Shown: positions 13,461 through 26,720, counted from the first letter of the whole stretch. The stretch: 63,932 nucleotides of DNA, filler included, from Octopus bimaculoides (GCF_001194135.2; 4 parts of 4 records of this genome joined end to end with filler, not necessarily neighbours in it); one strand, 5' to 3'. Notes: generated by a model from the letters alone, not told the origin. A program made the numbers and translations.

Positions 13461-13974
13461 ATTTTATCGCTACTTGATTAATCTGTAATACATTAATTAT
13501 ATACTCATACATCTTGACCTTGTATTGTCTTATCTGGAAAGCTTAATGTTCTGAGGTCTGTGTTAATTATTATTAGTTAATTCTGTGGCTTACTTCTACT
13601 CTACTACACTTCCATTTCAATTCAGTACCTTTTCACCCATCAAGCATCATTCCATTGCCTCCATAATAGAATGACTAATTTCCCTGGTATGTTATCACTA
13701 TCTGATCAAAGGTCCTAATCTAGACTTCATATTCTTAGTATTCTATTAGAAATAAAACGCCAACATTCTAAATGAGCAGATGCTAAACATACCATAAAAC
13801 CAATTCAATAAATACCGTTTTCTTGCTGTGGAAAGAAGCTGAAAAATGACTGCTTTAAAGTACATAAATGAAACACACACACATATATATACATACATAT
13901 ACATATGTGTGTGTGTGTGTGTATTTATATGCATGTATGTATCAATATAACTTTTTCACATTGTAGCTCTTTAC

Positions 13975-14126
13975 CTTTGCAATAAAAGATCAAGTTTATT
14001 TCCATAAGAAAGAATGGCATCTTGTGCTTCTTTGTGTTTGAGAGTTTCAGTAACTAACTTGCCAATCCTCAAAATAATATCTCCTGATTGGAGTCCACAT
14101 TTGGCAGCCAAGCTTCCTGATGTAAC
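13975..14126 (-). CDS. Internal coding exon of a PDZ-LIM (PDLIM/Zasp, ALP/Enigma family) gene; C-terminal two-thirds of the PDZ domain
   Basis: Minus strand: pyrimidine-rich acceptor tttctgtttctgtttgttttag| then VTSGSLAAKCGLQSGDIILRIGKLVTETLKHKEAQDAILSYGNKLDLLLQ(AG)|gtaaag. Length 152 nt, phase 0 to phase 2. The GSLAAKxGLxxGDxIxxI...HxEAQxxI...xxxLxLxxxR pattern is a PDZ domain of the Zasp/PDLIM type. From memory, vertebrate PDLIM/LDB3 exon 2 is also 152 nt (verify). The exon with the WGFRL motif was not found in sequenced bases. Confidence 0.92.
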
Positions 14127-15267
14127 CTAAAACAAACAGAAACAGAAATGTATCTTAATACTAATAAACATAATGCAACAATGGTAATAGAATCAAATAT
14201 TCCATTATTTTGTACTATAATGTAAGATTTAAGTTCAACCTTATATGGTCAGAGAAACTTGCTACCTACCCACCACACTAAATTCTTCATTTTCTACATC
14301 CAACCTTCAATTTCTCTGGAAACTTTGCCAGCTACTATTTAAAATAAATGCACCCACACACCCACACACACATACAAAAACAAAAAAGAAGAAAACAGAA
14401 ACAAGATTAAACATGAAACTGACTGCAGCTGTTCGACCAATAGTGGGAAAACTTTATCTAAACCTAGCAGCCGCTAACCAAAAGATTTATTTTTAGCAGA
14501 GCTCTGCTTTCTCTTCATATAACCGAACAATTATTCTCTTGGTTAAGCTAATGTTAACATATTTAATGCAGGGATCATAAAAAAAAGAGAAAAACACTAG
14601 ACGTAACTATATATTGAGAAAATGCAATATAGTCATTGATTAATAACATTATTTTAATTCTTTCAACAAACATGTGAGGCAACTTCAAACATGTTTTGGC
14701 CTTATGAGACTTCTTCAGTAAAGCATAGAACCTCATTATAATAGTGATAGGAGAATCATTAAGTAAACGAACTGTAACATACACATGTAGGTATAGAAAG
14801 ATAATAGAAATGTTCAAATGATACCTAACTCTTAGATGCTTTTAAAGTCAAACATTTCACTTCCTGTGCAACACAATACTGCATGAGATTGCACATGTCA
14901 GCCCATTTTGAAATGCACAATATCACACAAATTGTACTAACCTAGTTTACTTTCACTTTTGAACAAAGTGAGAAACTTCCTAACTTAAAGGAACAAAAAA
15001 AAAAAACCTAAACCTTTTCTCTATCATTCATTTCTGTTTTGTAATGGAATCATAATAGAACTACTCTTTTTACTAAGACAATTTTCAATAGGATGTTAAC
15101 ATTCTAGTTAGCTACTAATATTTGACACTCCCTGCATTAACTATGTTAAAAGTAATGTGACTATTGTGTTTTTCATATAGATAGTGCCCAAGGATAAGTA
15201 CAGTAATTCATGATCTCTCTGAAGAAGTCTTATTAGTTAAGGGCTATAATACATTTTTTCCTGTTCT

Positions 15268-15418
15268 TAGCTGTGTTGTATGTGTTCCCAACCATGTGGC
15301 TTCAAGTTCAGTACCACTGTGTGGCACCATGGACAAGTGTCCAAGGGGCCACACAGCCCTTGGCCAACCAAAGCCTTGAGAGTGGGTTTGGTAGACAGAA
15401 AATGAAAAAAGTCCACTG

Positions 15419-15420
<2 letters not shown>
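15268..15420 (+). mobile_element. SINE family A head, decayed
   Basis: gctgtgttgtatgtgttcccaaccatgtggcttcaagttcagtaccactgtgtggcacc followed by (TG)n. Confidence 0.7.
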
Positions 15421-15453
<33 letters not shown>

Positions 15454-17144
15454 NNNNNNNNNNNNNNNNNNNNNNNNNNNNNNNNNNNNNNNNNNNNNNN
15501 NNNNNNNNNNNNNNNNNNNNNNNNNNNNNNNNNNNNNNNNNNNNNNNNNNNNNNNNNNNNNNNNNNNNNNNNNNNNNNNNNNNNNNNNNNNNNNNNNNNN
15601 NNNNNNNNNNNNNNNNNNNNNNNNNNNNNNNNNNNNNNNNNNNNNNNNNNNNNNNNNNNNNNNNNNNNNNNNNNNNNNNNNNNNNNNNNNNNNNNNNNNN
15701 NNNNNNNNNNNNNNNNNNNNNNNNNNNNNNNNNNNNNNNNNNNNNNNNNNNNNNNNNNNNNNNNNNNNNNNNNNNNNNNNNNNNNNNNNNNNNNNNNNNN
15801 NNNNNNNNNNNNNNNNNNNNNNNNNNNNNNNNNNNNNNNNNNNNNNNNNNNNNNNNNNNNNNNNNNNNNNNNNNNNNNNNNNNNNNNNNNNNNNNNNNNN
15901 NNNNNNNNNNNNNNNNNNNNNNNNNNNNNNNNNNNNNNNNNNNNNNNNNNNNNNNTCACTGTCTTGACATTGTGTCGAAGTTGTAAATGAGTGCTACTAT
16001 CATACAAATGGTGTTATTTGTTTCCAATCTTTCATAAAAAGATATCTGGCCAACGGAAAATATTTCTTTGCTTGGAAACAAGTGAAGGTTAGATACAACA
16101 AGGGTATGTACCCATGTAAAATATCTCTCAATGAATGAATTAATTCTGTCCGACCCAAGCAAGTATGGAAAAGTGGACATTAAAGTAACACTGACAGGAG
16201 GTCTTTTCAATGCTCCCAGCATTACATATCATTCTTTCATGCAGATAGCATCCAAAAGGAATTCATTCTCGGAAGAGAAATTGTCTTAATTTGACTGAAT
16301 AAATGAAAACAAAAGTAATAAATATCAAATCACTGACTTCTTAAGTAATAAGCTAAGTTCTTCTAAGTTTAGGGGAAATTTGAAATTGCATTTAACATGA
16401 CATTCCCAAGTACATAAGCAGCATCAAATGGGGTGAAATTAATTCCAACTAAAGAATTAGAACTAGATACCAGACATGACTGCTGAATTAATCTCTGCTT
16501 CTCCTCTACAGTGCATAATAGGTATTTGGTACCATACAACACCGAAGGTTGTTAAGACGGTGACATTTATATCTTTTTCAAAGGTATTAGTGACAAAATT
16601 TGGTATGATGTAGTCACAGACATTGGGTTTGAAACAACAAGGAGATTGTGTGTACATAACTTCCTTGCCTCTAAACACACCCATACACACATGAAGCATG
16701 GCTGACACTACAGAATGCGAATGATGGAAAATTTCCTTGTGAGGTGTGGGTTTGACAGATGGAAACTGAAAGAAGATTATATATATATATATATATATAT
16801 ATGCGTGTGCGTGTGTGTGTGTGTATATAGTAATATTCTCTTTCTTTCCTTTCCTGAGTGTCACTTGAGGCAAGTGAAATCGAAATCGAACTAAATTCGA
16901 CGACTGGCACCCATGCCAATGTCGTCTCCTTCATTGGACATGAAACTCAGCTTGCGAAGACCTGTTGGGGCAAGCGAAAGCTTCTTACCACACAGCCACA
17001 GCAGTTTGGCAAAAGAGACAGATAGAATAAGTACCAACTAAACCTTTCAAGGTGGTACTCCAATACAGCAGCACTCCAATAACTGAAACAAGTAAAAGAA
17101 GACAAAAGATAACACATTTGAATTACTTTCATATTAGGATTGTC

Positions 17145-17430
17145 ATCATCATCATCATCTAATGTCTGTCATCCATGCTGGCATGGGTTGGACGGTTTGA
17201 CCAGGGCTGCACCAGACTCCAGTCTGATTTGGCATGGTTTCTACAACTGGGTGCCCTTCCTAACACCAACCACTCCGAGAGTGTAATGGGTACTTTTACA
17301 TGCCACTAGCATGGGTGCCAGTTGCGTGATACAGTATCCGCTACAACTATGATTTCACTTGGCTTGATGGGTTTTCTACTCAAGCATGACATCTTGCCAA
17401 AGGTCTCGGTCATTTGTCATTGCGTATTAT
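17145..17430 (-). mobile_element. RTE-tailed SINE
   Basis: (CAT)n tail, catgctggcatgggttggacggtttgac, gcccttcctaacaccaaccac. Confidence 0.75.
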
Positions 17431-19733
17431 AGAAATGCAAATTAACCTCAGAACTTGATTTATATTTTATTTTATTGACCCCAGAAGAATCCAGAAGAAT
17501 CAAAGGCAAAGTTGATCTTGGCAGGATTTTGAATTCAGAATATAAATATAAAAGACTATAACTAAACACTGCAAAGCATTTTGTCCATGGCTACCATGAT
17601 TCTAGAAACTCACCACCTGTTAATAAGCATAAATATTAATTTTGGCATAAAGCCACAAATTTTGAAGAAAGTACGTTAATTGTTGTTGCCTTGTCTTTTT
17701 AGAAATATGAAATTACAAGGAGTGGATTCCCAGTCCCTTCACTCCCACCCCTTTTAGTCACCTCTTACGCCATGCAGGGAATACAGTGACTGCATTCTAC
17801 CGGTCCCCCCACCCAGTCGCAGGAGGTTGTGTTCTATGCCTTCACATGATCACAGAACAGGGCTCGCCTCTCTGAGCTGGGGAAATGAATGGAATGCCTG
17901 GCGTGTGTCTTGTGGCAACCCCCTCCTAAAAAAATGGGGAATAGGCCTGGGTATATATAAAAAAAAAATGTTAATTGCTTTTTCTTTTTCTTAAATTGGT
18001 TTTATCTGGATGTAGTTGTGCCCATGGCATCACAAACCCTCTAAGATTAGATACTGTTAAAATTCCTGTTGAATTGATAAAGACTTTACTTGGTACTGAT
18101 TTTAACAATCTTGGAGTAGGGAAGATGAATGCATGGCCGGGTTAATCCTGTGATATTTTGCACTCTTCTCTACAGACAATGTAATTATTATTGACTACTG
18201 TGGAGTACTGGACCTATGAGAGTGGGGTACAGAGGGTACATCACAATTGTGCCTGGACATTTCCTGGGATCTCAGATGAGGTTTACACATACTGAAGACC
18301 AGCATTCAGAGAAGGAAAGGGTCCCTGTGAGAAACTTGTTATTCCATTATGCAACTTCTCTGAGGCCTTACTGTGTGTGGAAAAAGGGGTAAGAAAGGCT
18401 CTAGTAGTAGAGACCATGAAGTGGTTTCAATTCGCAGTTGAAGCTGAATGCCCTAAGATACCTGGTTTCCTTTCTCTTTAGTTATTGTATCTTAAAGTCT
18501 GACATATAAATATTGTAAAGAAATGAATATGTTTTATAAATATTTCTGGACATGAAAGATGTTTGGGGAGAGAGGCATTCTGAATGGATATGAGAAGATA
18601 TGAGTAACTTAAATAACATAGCTCGTTCGAGTAACATGAACCTAAGGAATGTTAGTAGCTCCTCAGCATAATCAAGATATACCATAGTTCTGTGTTGTTA
18701 TGAATGCTTCAGAAGACAACAGCTGTGTGTAGAGAGAGAGGGGGAGAGAGAGAGAGAGAGGGGGGGGGCAAGAAAAATAGATAATATCAGTTACGAGAGA
18801 GACATAGAGAAAGTGAGAGAGGTATTAATAGCTATACATACTATTTATTGACTAGGCAAAAGGTTACGTGTTTTTAAGCGAAAGGACTTAGCAAATTTGT
18901 ATTTAAAAGCTCATCCAAAGTAGCTCCTTCAATTAAATCATTTAATATTCTGATCTGAGAGACAAGGACATCTCAAGAATACCTATTTTATCGATAACTG
19001 CCATTTCTCAGAGAGATAGAAGACGAATTTAAACTAAAAGAACAATGAAGCACTTTTAGATACAGGAAAACATTAGTATTTTTTTTTTCAGGTGTGGAAT
19101 TTTTTAAACCCTTTCTCTTTATTATTGTTTCCAAAGTCTGGGGAGTACAACTCTGTATTTATGCCGTTTTTATTTCACGGTCTTCATATTTCTATTTTGA
19201 ACAGAGATTCGGAATCTTCAGTTATTGTTTGAATCAGAAACTGATTTGAGTCTATGAACTTAACTATTTTATCATTACGTCATTTTTACTATCAATTAAA
19301 GCGTGTTTACGAACATTATTTTATTTGTACATCTTGTTTTTTTGCATATAAAAACACTTCGCTTGTATTCGTAATGACTTCTCATCCTTCAACAAAAACA
19401 ACATTAAAAAGTTAAACAGTTTAAGCACTAATTACTTTCATTACTGAAACAGTACTTTCAGTAGACAACTAACAACAGCAAAATACGATATCCGTGCCTT
19501 TTATCCACATAAATACTTTAATTAATAAGGTATGGATTTAGGGTCCTAGTTTTTTTTAAACTACTTTCTATATAGTTAAAAAAAGAATTGCAGACTTTGG
19601 ATCTCTTAGTTCAAAATTACGAAGATCATTTTTTTCTTAACACACAGTTAAACGAATAAGACCGGCTTCACTGTTACCTTAGATACCAAGTATACCAACT
19701 AAACATTTCCTCATCAATAACTTATACATACAT

Positions 19734-19774
<41 letters not shown>

Positions 19775-19927
19775 CACACATATATCTTATATATATGTAT
19801 ATCTTGTATGTATATATTTATATATCTTATATATATATATATAAAGATAAAACTTACTTGGAAAAGGATGCGTGGCGTTCGACCATATAATAATATAAAT
19901 AATATATAAATATATATATAATATTAT

Positions 19928-20240
19928 AATCAAAATAAGCAAGGATATCCAAAGTTAATGCAGTACGATTGTTTCATGCGACTCCATTTATTTAAGCAAT
20001 ATGAACATTATATCAAATGTAAAATGCATAGTAATCCTAGCTGAGGATTGCTCTGCATTTTATATTTGATGTTATGTTCACATTGCTTAAATAAATGGAG
20101 TCGCATGAAACGATCGTACTGCATTAACTTTTGATATCCTTGGTGCTTATTTTGATTTTAATCACCTTATTTTGAAACTGTATGGATAATACCATATTTA
20201 ATTCTGGTGCCTAAATTTAAGTACCATATTCACCTTGAAT
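19928..20240. repeat. Foldback element (~110-bp inverted arms, 19928-20158) embedded in (TA)n; Penelope-like with hammerhead core
   Basis: Left arm atcaaaataagcaaggatatcc...gtaatcct is the reverse complement of right arm aggattgc...cttattttgat. The right arm has CTGAGGA (20041) and GAAACGATCGTA (20107). Confidence 0.8.
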
Positions 20241-21387
20241 ATATTATATTATATATATATATACATATATATGTATTATATATAAATATATATGCATATA
20301 TATGTTATATATATGCATACATATATTATATATATGCATACATATATTATATATATGCATACATATATTATATATATGCATACATATATTATATATATGC
20401 ATACATATTATATATATATATATATATATATACATATATATACATATATATACATATATATACTTATATATATTATATATATATGNNNNNNNNNNNNNNN
20501 NNNNNNNNNNNNNNNNNNNNNNNNNNNNNNNNNNNNNNNNNNNNNNNNNNNNNNNNNNNNNNNNNNNNNNNNNNNNNNNNNNNNNNNNNNNNNNNNNNNN
20601 NNNNNNNNNNNNNNNNNNNNNNNNNNNNNNNNNNNNNNNNNNNNNNNNNNNNNNNNNNNNNNNNNNNNNNNNNNNNNNNNNNNNNNNNNNNNNNNNNNNN
20701 NNNNNNNNNNNNNNNNNNNNNNNNNNNNNNNNNNNNNNNNNNNNNNNNNNNNNNNNNNNNNNNNNNNNNNNNNNNNNNNNNNNNNNNNNNNNNNNNNNNN
20801 NNNNNNNNNNNNNNNNNNNNNNNNNNNNNNNNNNNNNNNNNNNNNNNNNNNNNNNNNNNNNNNNNNNNNNNNNNNNNNNNNNNNNNNNNNNNNNNNNNNN
20901 TAGCTGAGGATTGCTCTGCATTTTATATTTGATGTTATGTTCACATTGCTTAAATAAATGGAGTCGCATGAAACGATCGTACTGCATTAACTTTTGATAT
21001 CCTTGGTGCTTATTTTGATTTTAATCACCTTATTTTGAAACTGTATGGATAATACCATATTTAATTCTGGTGCCTAAATTTAAGTACCATATTCACCTTG
21101 AATATATTATATTATATATATATATACATATATATGTATTATATATAAATATATATGCATATATATGTTATATATATGCATACATATATTATATATATGC
21201 ATACATATATTATATATATGCATACATATATTATATATATGCATACATATATTATATATATGCATACATATTATATATATATATATATATATATACATAT
21301 ATATACATATATATACATATATATACTTATATATATTATATATATATGTATATATATATATACATATATATACTTATATATATTATA

Positions 21388-21559
21388 TGGCACAGAAGTG
21401 GCTGTGTGGTAAGTAGCTTGCTTACCAACCACATGGTTCCGGGTTCAGTCCCACTGCGTGGCACTTTAGGCAAGCGTTCTCTACTGTAGCCTCGGGCCAA
21501 CCAAAGCCTTGTGAGTCTATTTGGTAGACGGAAACTGAAAGAAGCCGATCGTATATATG

Positions 21560-21592
<33 letters not shown>

Positions 21593-21775
21593 CTGTGTTT
21601 GACCCCCCCCAACATCGCTTGACAACCGATGCTGTTGTGTTTACGTCCCCGTAACATAGCGGTTCGGCAAAAGAGAATGATACAATAACTACTAGGCTGG
21701 GCTCAATTTGCTTGACCAAAGGCGGTGCTCCAGCATGGCCGCAGTCAAATGACTGAAACAAGTAAAAGAATAATA
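21388..21775 (+). mobile_element. SINE family A, full length, CpGs intact
   Basis: tRNA-like head with B-box ggttccgggttcagtccca, internal (TA)/(TG) microsatellite, tail actgaaacaagtaaaagaataa. Confidence 0.9.
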
Positions 21776-21932
21776 CTTGATTAATTTAAAACAAAGTGGA
21801 TGATAAGCATTAGATTTGACTGATACATACATATTATATACATATATATATTATATACATACATATTATATACATATATATATTATATATACATACATAT
21901 TATATATACATACATACATATATATTATGTAT

Positions 21933-21980
<48 letters not shown>

Positions 21981-22369
21981 TATATACACACATATATATA
22001 TGTATATATAACGAATAAGACCTGCTTCACCAAGTATACTAACAACTAAACATTTCCTCATCAATAACTTCATTTCTGGTTAGGAAGAAAAGTTCTCCAT
22101 TTGTAAAGATGGAAAGTGGGCTGCGAGTTGTGACGTGCAGACCATGACAAAGAACACTAACCGACAATGGAAATAGCAGCCAAATCTCCCTCAAAGTACA
22201 TCTTACTATCTTGTGTAAGGATATATATATACATTATATAAATCCTATATATCCCTAAAAGACACCTGCAAATTGCCATTGAGAAGCGTATATGCATATA
22301 TATATATATTTATATTATATATATTATATGCGTATTATATGTATAATATAAGTATAATATATGTATACA

Positions 22370-22715
22370 TCATCATCATCATCATCGTTTAACGTCTGCT
22401 TTCCATGCTAGCATGGGTTGGACGATTTGACTGAGGACTGGTGAAATCGGATGGCTACACCAGGCTCCAATCTAATTTGGCAGAGTTTCTACAGCTGGAT
22501 GCCCTTCCTAACGCCAACCACTCAGAGAGTGTAGTGGGTGCCCTTACGTGTCACCCGCACGAGGGCCAGTTGGGCGGTACTGGCAACAGCCACACTCAAA
22601 ATGGTGTATTTTATGTGCCACCCACACAAGAGCCAGTCCGGGGGCACTGGCAACGATCTCGCTCGAAAATCCTACGAAGGCCAGTCAGGTGGTACTGGCA
22701 ACGGCCACACTCAAA
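22370..22715 (-). mobile_element. RTE-tailed SINE with internal ~40-50-bp subrepeats
   Basis: (CAT)n tail; three gccagt...ggtactggcaac units. Confidence 0.75.
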
Positions 22716-22815
22716 NNNNNNNNNNNNNNNNNNNNNNNNNNNNNNNNNNNNNNNNNNNNTTAATTAATTAANNNNNNNNNNNNNNNNNNNNNNNNNNNNN
22801 NNNNNNNNNNNNNNN
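22716..22815. other. Synthetic 100-bp scaffold spacer (44 N + TTAATTAATTAA + 44 N)
   Basis: Identical layout at 37627-37726 and 59993-60092. Confidence 0.95.
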
Positions 22816-22824
22816 CAATAATAA

Positions 22825-23120
22825 AAAAAAACGTTCTTCGCAATGAACCACCGAAAACCTTCCCTAAAGCCGAGTTCTTCAAAAAGAAGTTTATGCTGAC
22901 TGTTTGGTAGTGTACTGCTGGACTCATCCACTACAACTTCTTAAAACCCAGAAAAACCATTACTGCAGAAACATATTGCCATGAAATTGCCAAAATGAAC
23001 GAAAACTTGCTACTCCTCCGTCCCAGACTGGTCAACAGAGGATGGTCAATCATTCTTCATGACAATGCTCGACCATACGTTTCATTAACGACGCTCCAGA
23101 AGTTGAGAGAACTTGGTTAC
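22825..23120 (+). mobile_element. Mariner (DD34D) transposase fragment
   Basis: PKTFPKAEFFKKKFMLTVW*CTAGLIHYNFLKPRKTITAETYC...IILHDNARPY...LQKLRELGY. Confidence 0.9.
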
Positions 23121-23978
23121 ATCGTGTGCGCTTATTTGTGTGTATACATACATTTAGGTTAGAAGCAAATAGAAAATAATTATAATCATCAAAATAGTTA
23201 AGAAGGATTAAAGATGGGAAGTGTGTAAGTTGTTGCGTCCTCCTGGCGGAAAGTTGTCTACGGTGTGGTCAAATAGTCTGCTGCTATTACATATACGACC
23301 TAACTTTTATGATAAGTTCGTAGAGTAATCCTCTGGAAATGGAAGAAACACAGGCAAATAATGTACAGAAGTTCTCTCTCGTACATAGACTGTAAGGTTT
23401 ATTGTTTCCTTTGTTTGATTTTACGATTCCATTTCAAACAGAGAAGTAGTGATTTTTTCTCTTGTGAGCAAGAGTAAGAAGCCAAGGAAATTCATTTGCG
23501 TTCTAGGAGTTTCTAAAACAATGCGTTTCTGAAGTAAATCTATATTTGAAGGTGTTTTAAAGGTTTTGTTAGTGTTGAAGGTGCTGTTAGAGTTACAGCG
23601 CATTGGTAGATTGAAACTTTATGCATAGATTTTTGTTGTGAGAACGAGTCAGCGTTTGAAAAGTACTAGGAGTGGAATGCCTATGGTTGTGGACACTGTT
23701 GTATTCATTATGCTTAGAAGCTTTCAAACGTTAAGATATATTCCACGTTTGAGGAGTGTGGAAAAAAAATCTATTAGTGTTATTATTAGAGATTTTTGGT
23801 GGTAATTATATTGCAAGAAGACATGTTTTTCTTTTTTTAAAGGAGTTTAAAGTGTTAAGTTATTGTGGGTAGCTCTTACGTTAGTATCATTTAAAAAAAA
23901 ATTCACAACACATTGTTCTTCAAACTGAGTATTTTCACGTTGACAAAGACTACCTCTGTTGCTACCAACAAGATGTAA

Positions 23979-24021
<43 letters not shown>

Positions 24022-24122
24022 CTCTATCTATCTATCTATCTATTTGTCGATAGATAGACAGATAGGTAGTGCGTGTGTATGCAGTGCATACATATATACA
24101 TACATGCACACACAAACACATG

Positions 24123-24180
<58 letters not shown>

Positions 24181-24244
24181 TACATACATACATACATACA
24201 CACATACATACATACATGCATACACACATACAAACATACATACA

Positions 24245-24279
<35 letters not shown>

Positions 24280-25019
24280 TTATACATATATACATTGCAA
24301 TTATCATTTAGTAGACTTAGCAAAAATCTAATGCTGATATCTCTTAATGGCTCATTTGCCCTTTAACAGACCAAATTAAGGAGCAGTAAGGCGAATACAG
24401 TTCGGGTTTAAATGGAAGAGGATGAACGACACAACGCCGCCTCTACTCATGGAGGAGGAGTTATGCTCAACAAGTGATTAATATCGTTGATGTTAATTAT
24501 TATTCATAAAAAATTTAACCATTCGATTGTTATCCTTCTCACTCTGACAATTTGTTGATGATTGGTCAAAAATAACAAGGTGTACAACGTTCCAAATATG
24601 GTAGTATTGACTTGAGTCGCTAATGATGGTGTTAATTGGTAAATTAGAAAACTCATCTGATTGGTGCATGAAGAAAATAAGCGGCCATATCCTCCCCTAG
24701 AATGGTAGAAAGCTCCACCCATCTATACCAAATCTGAATGACTATTCGTCAGAAAGTATATCGTAATGAATATTGGAACGTGAGACAAAGCAAAAAGAGA
24801 GGGGGGTGGCGAAAAAGAAAAGCAAAAACGAAAGAAAAAAAGAAGGGATGGAAAGATAAATAGGGAGAGAGTTAGTAGAGGAAGCGAAAGGGAGAACTAA
24901 ATTGTATTTAGGAAGGAGAAGTTTTATAAGTCGAAGCACAAGTAATAGTCTTGTAATTAGAAATAATGAAAGCGTATGATAATAAAGTTTGTGGGGTTGA
25001 AAGACTAAGATAATAAAGC

Positions 25020-25517
25020 TTGTGTGAATGTGTGTGTGTATGCGTGGGGTTACCAGCGTGTATGTGTGTGTGTATGTATGGATGTGTGAGAGGAAACGAG
25101 AACGAGAGAGAGCGCGAAAGAGAGAAACGGGTGTAATATACTAAGAGGGTGGCTGGTTGGATGGGAGCTAGATTTTGGCGGTCGACTCAGTAACGTTACT
25201 TGAAGTCTTTTCTGGGGGTTTTTGTTGTTGTTTTTTTTCTTTGATTTTATTCACGGTGGAAGGGTAAAAGGGGAAGTTGGGGGATGGGAGCCCAACGGAA
25301 GCCAAGAGGAAGTTATTAATTGTAATTTCATAGGATATTAATTAATTTGAAAAATAGAAAAAAAAAGTTTTTGTGTTATTCCCACACCAACCGATCAAAC
25401 GCACACGTGACTCTGTGCGTGTGTATGTGTGTGTATGAGTGTGTGAGTGTATGTGAGTGGGTGTCTGAGTGTATCGATGCACATAGGTAATTATATTAGT
25501 TAAGGGTGTGTATATAA

Positions 25518-25553
<36 letters not shown>

Positions 25554-25865
25554 AAGTGTGCGTGCGTGCGTGTGTGTATGCTTCTGTGTATGTGTATGTA
25601 TGTGTGTATGTGTGTGTATGTATATATATATGTGTGTGTGTGTGTGTGATTGTGCACGTGTGTGATTGTGTACGTGTGTGACTGTGTATGCGTATGAAAA
25701 ATATACGTGTATATATGTATAACACATATATCGGGGAGTATTTGTCTGCGAGTGTTTGTGTATACACACACACGCACACATACACACAAAGACACACACA
25801 AACACGCATAAACACACACATATGTATATATACAGAGGAAGAGAGACATACTTATCTACACACAT

Positions 25866-25900
<35 letters not shown>

Positions 25901-26567
25901 CATTTACATATATAAGCACACAAGCGCGCAAGCATATAAAGACCAACACACGCTTATCTATATATGTATGTTCATACGAATAAAGGTATGGGTAGAGATA
26001 CATTTGTATGAGTCTGACTCTCTTTATATATACATGCAAACATACATGGAAATAAGCATATAATTGGGTGCAGGTTATACATATTTATATATATATATAT
26101 ATATACACATATATATATATACATATATATATNNNNNNNNNNCGAATATGATCATTTCTTTATGTATTTTATTAATATTAATTAATTAAAGACTTATGAC
26201 TAATTCTTTGTCTAGCTGTGTGTATTTATGGTAGGGCTGTGCGTATATGACAGATTTTCAATATCTATATGCATGTGTGTGCGTGTGTGTGTGTATGTTG
26301 AGTATTATATATACCCGCAGCAGTACCATAAATACAAACAGCTAGACAAACTATTACTGATAATCTTTAATTAATTAATATTAATTAAATACATACGTGC
26401 GCTCTCGCACACACACACACACACTCACTCACATATGTATATATGTATATATATATATGTGTGTGTGTGCGTGTGTGTGTAGTGTCCCAGCATATTTGAA
26501 TACACGACCAAATGTATTATTATTTATTTAAATATGGTTAACCTGTTATGTATCTAAGTGATTGTAA

Positions 26568-26648
<81 letters not shown>

Positions 26649-26720
26649 GGGAGAGAAAGAGAGCCTGGTACATATACATACATATGCATATACATTGATA
26701 TATATATATATNNNNNNNNN
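25020..26720. repeat. Compound (TG)/(CA)/(TA)/(GA) microsatellite field
   Basis: Directly visible. Similar fields at 23980-24300, 27400-28075, 29750-30290, 41440-42290, 48510-49790 and 62050-62420. Confidence 0.95.

Noticed and set aside
20038-21380. Apparent ~450-bp direct repeat (20038-20485 vs 20901-21380)
   Set aside because: Near-identical sequence on both sides of an N-gap is a typical unmerged contig overlap.
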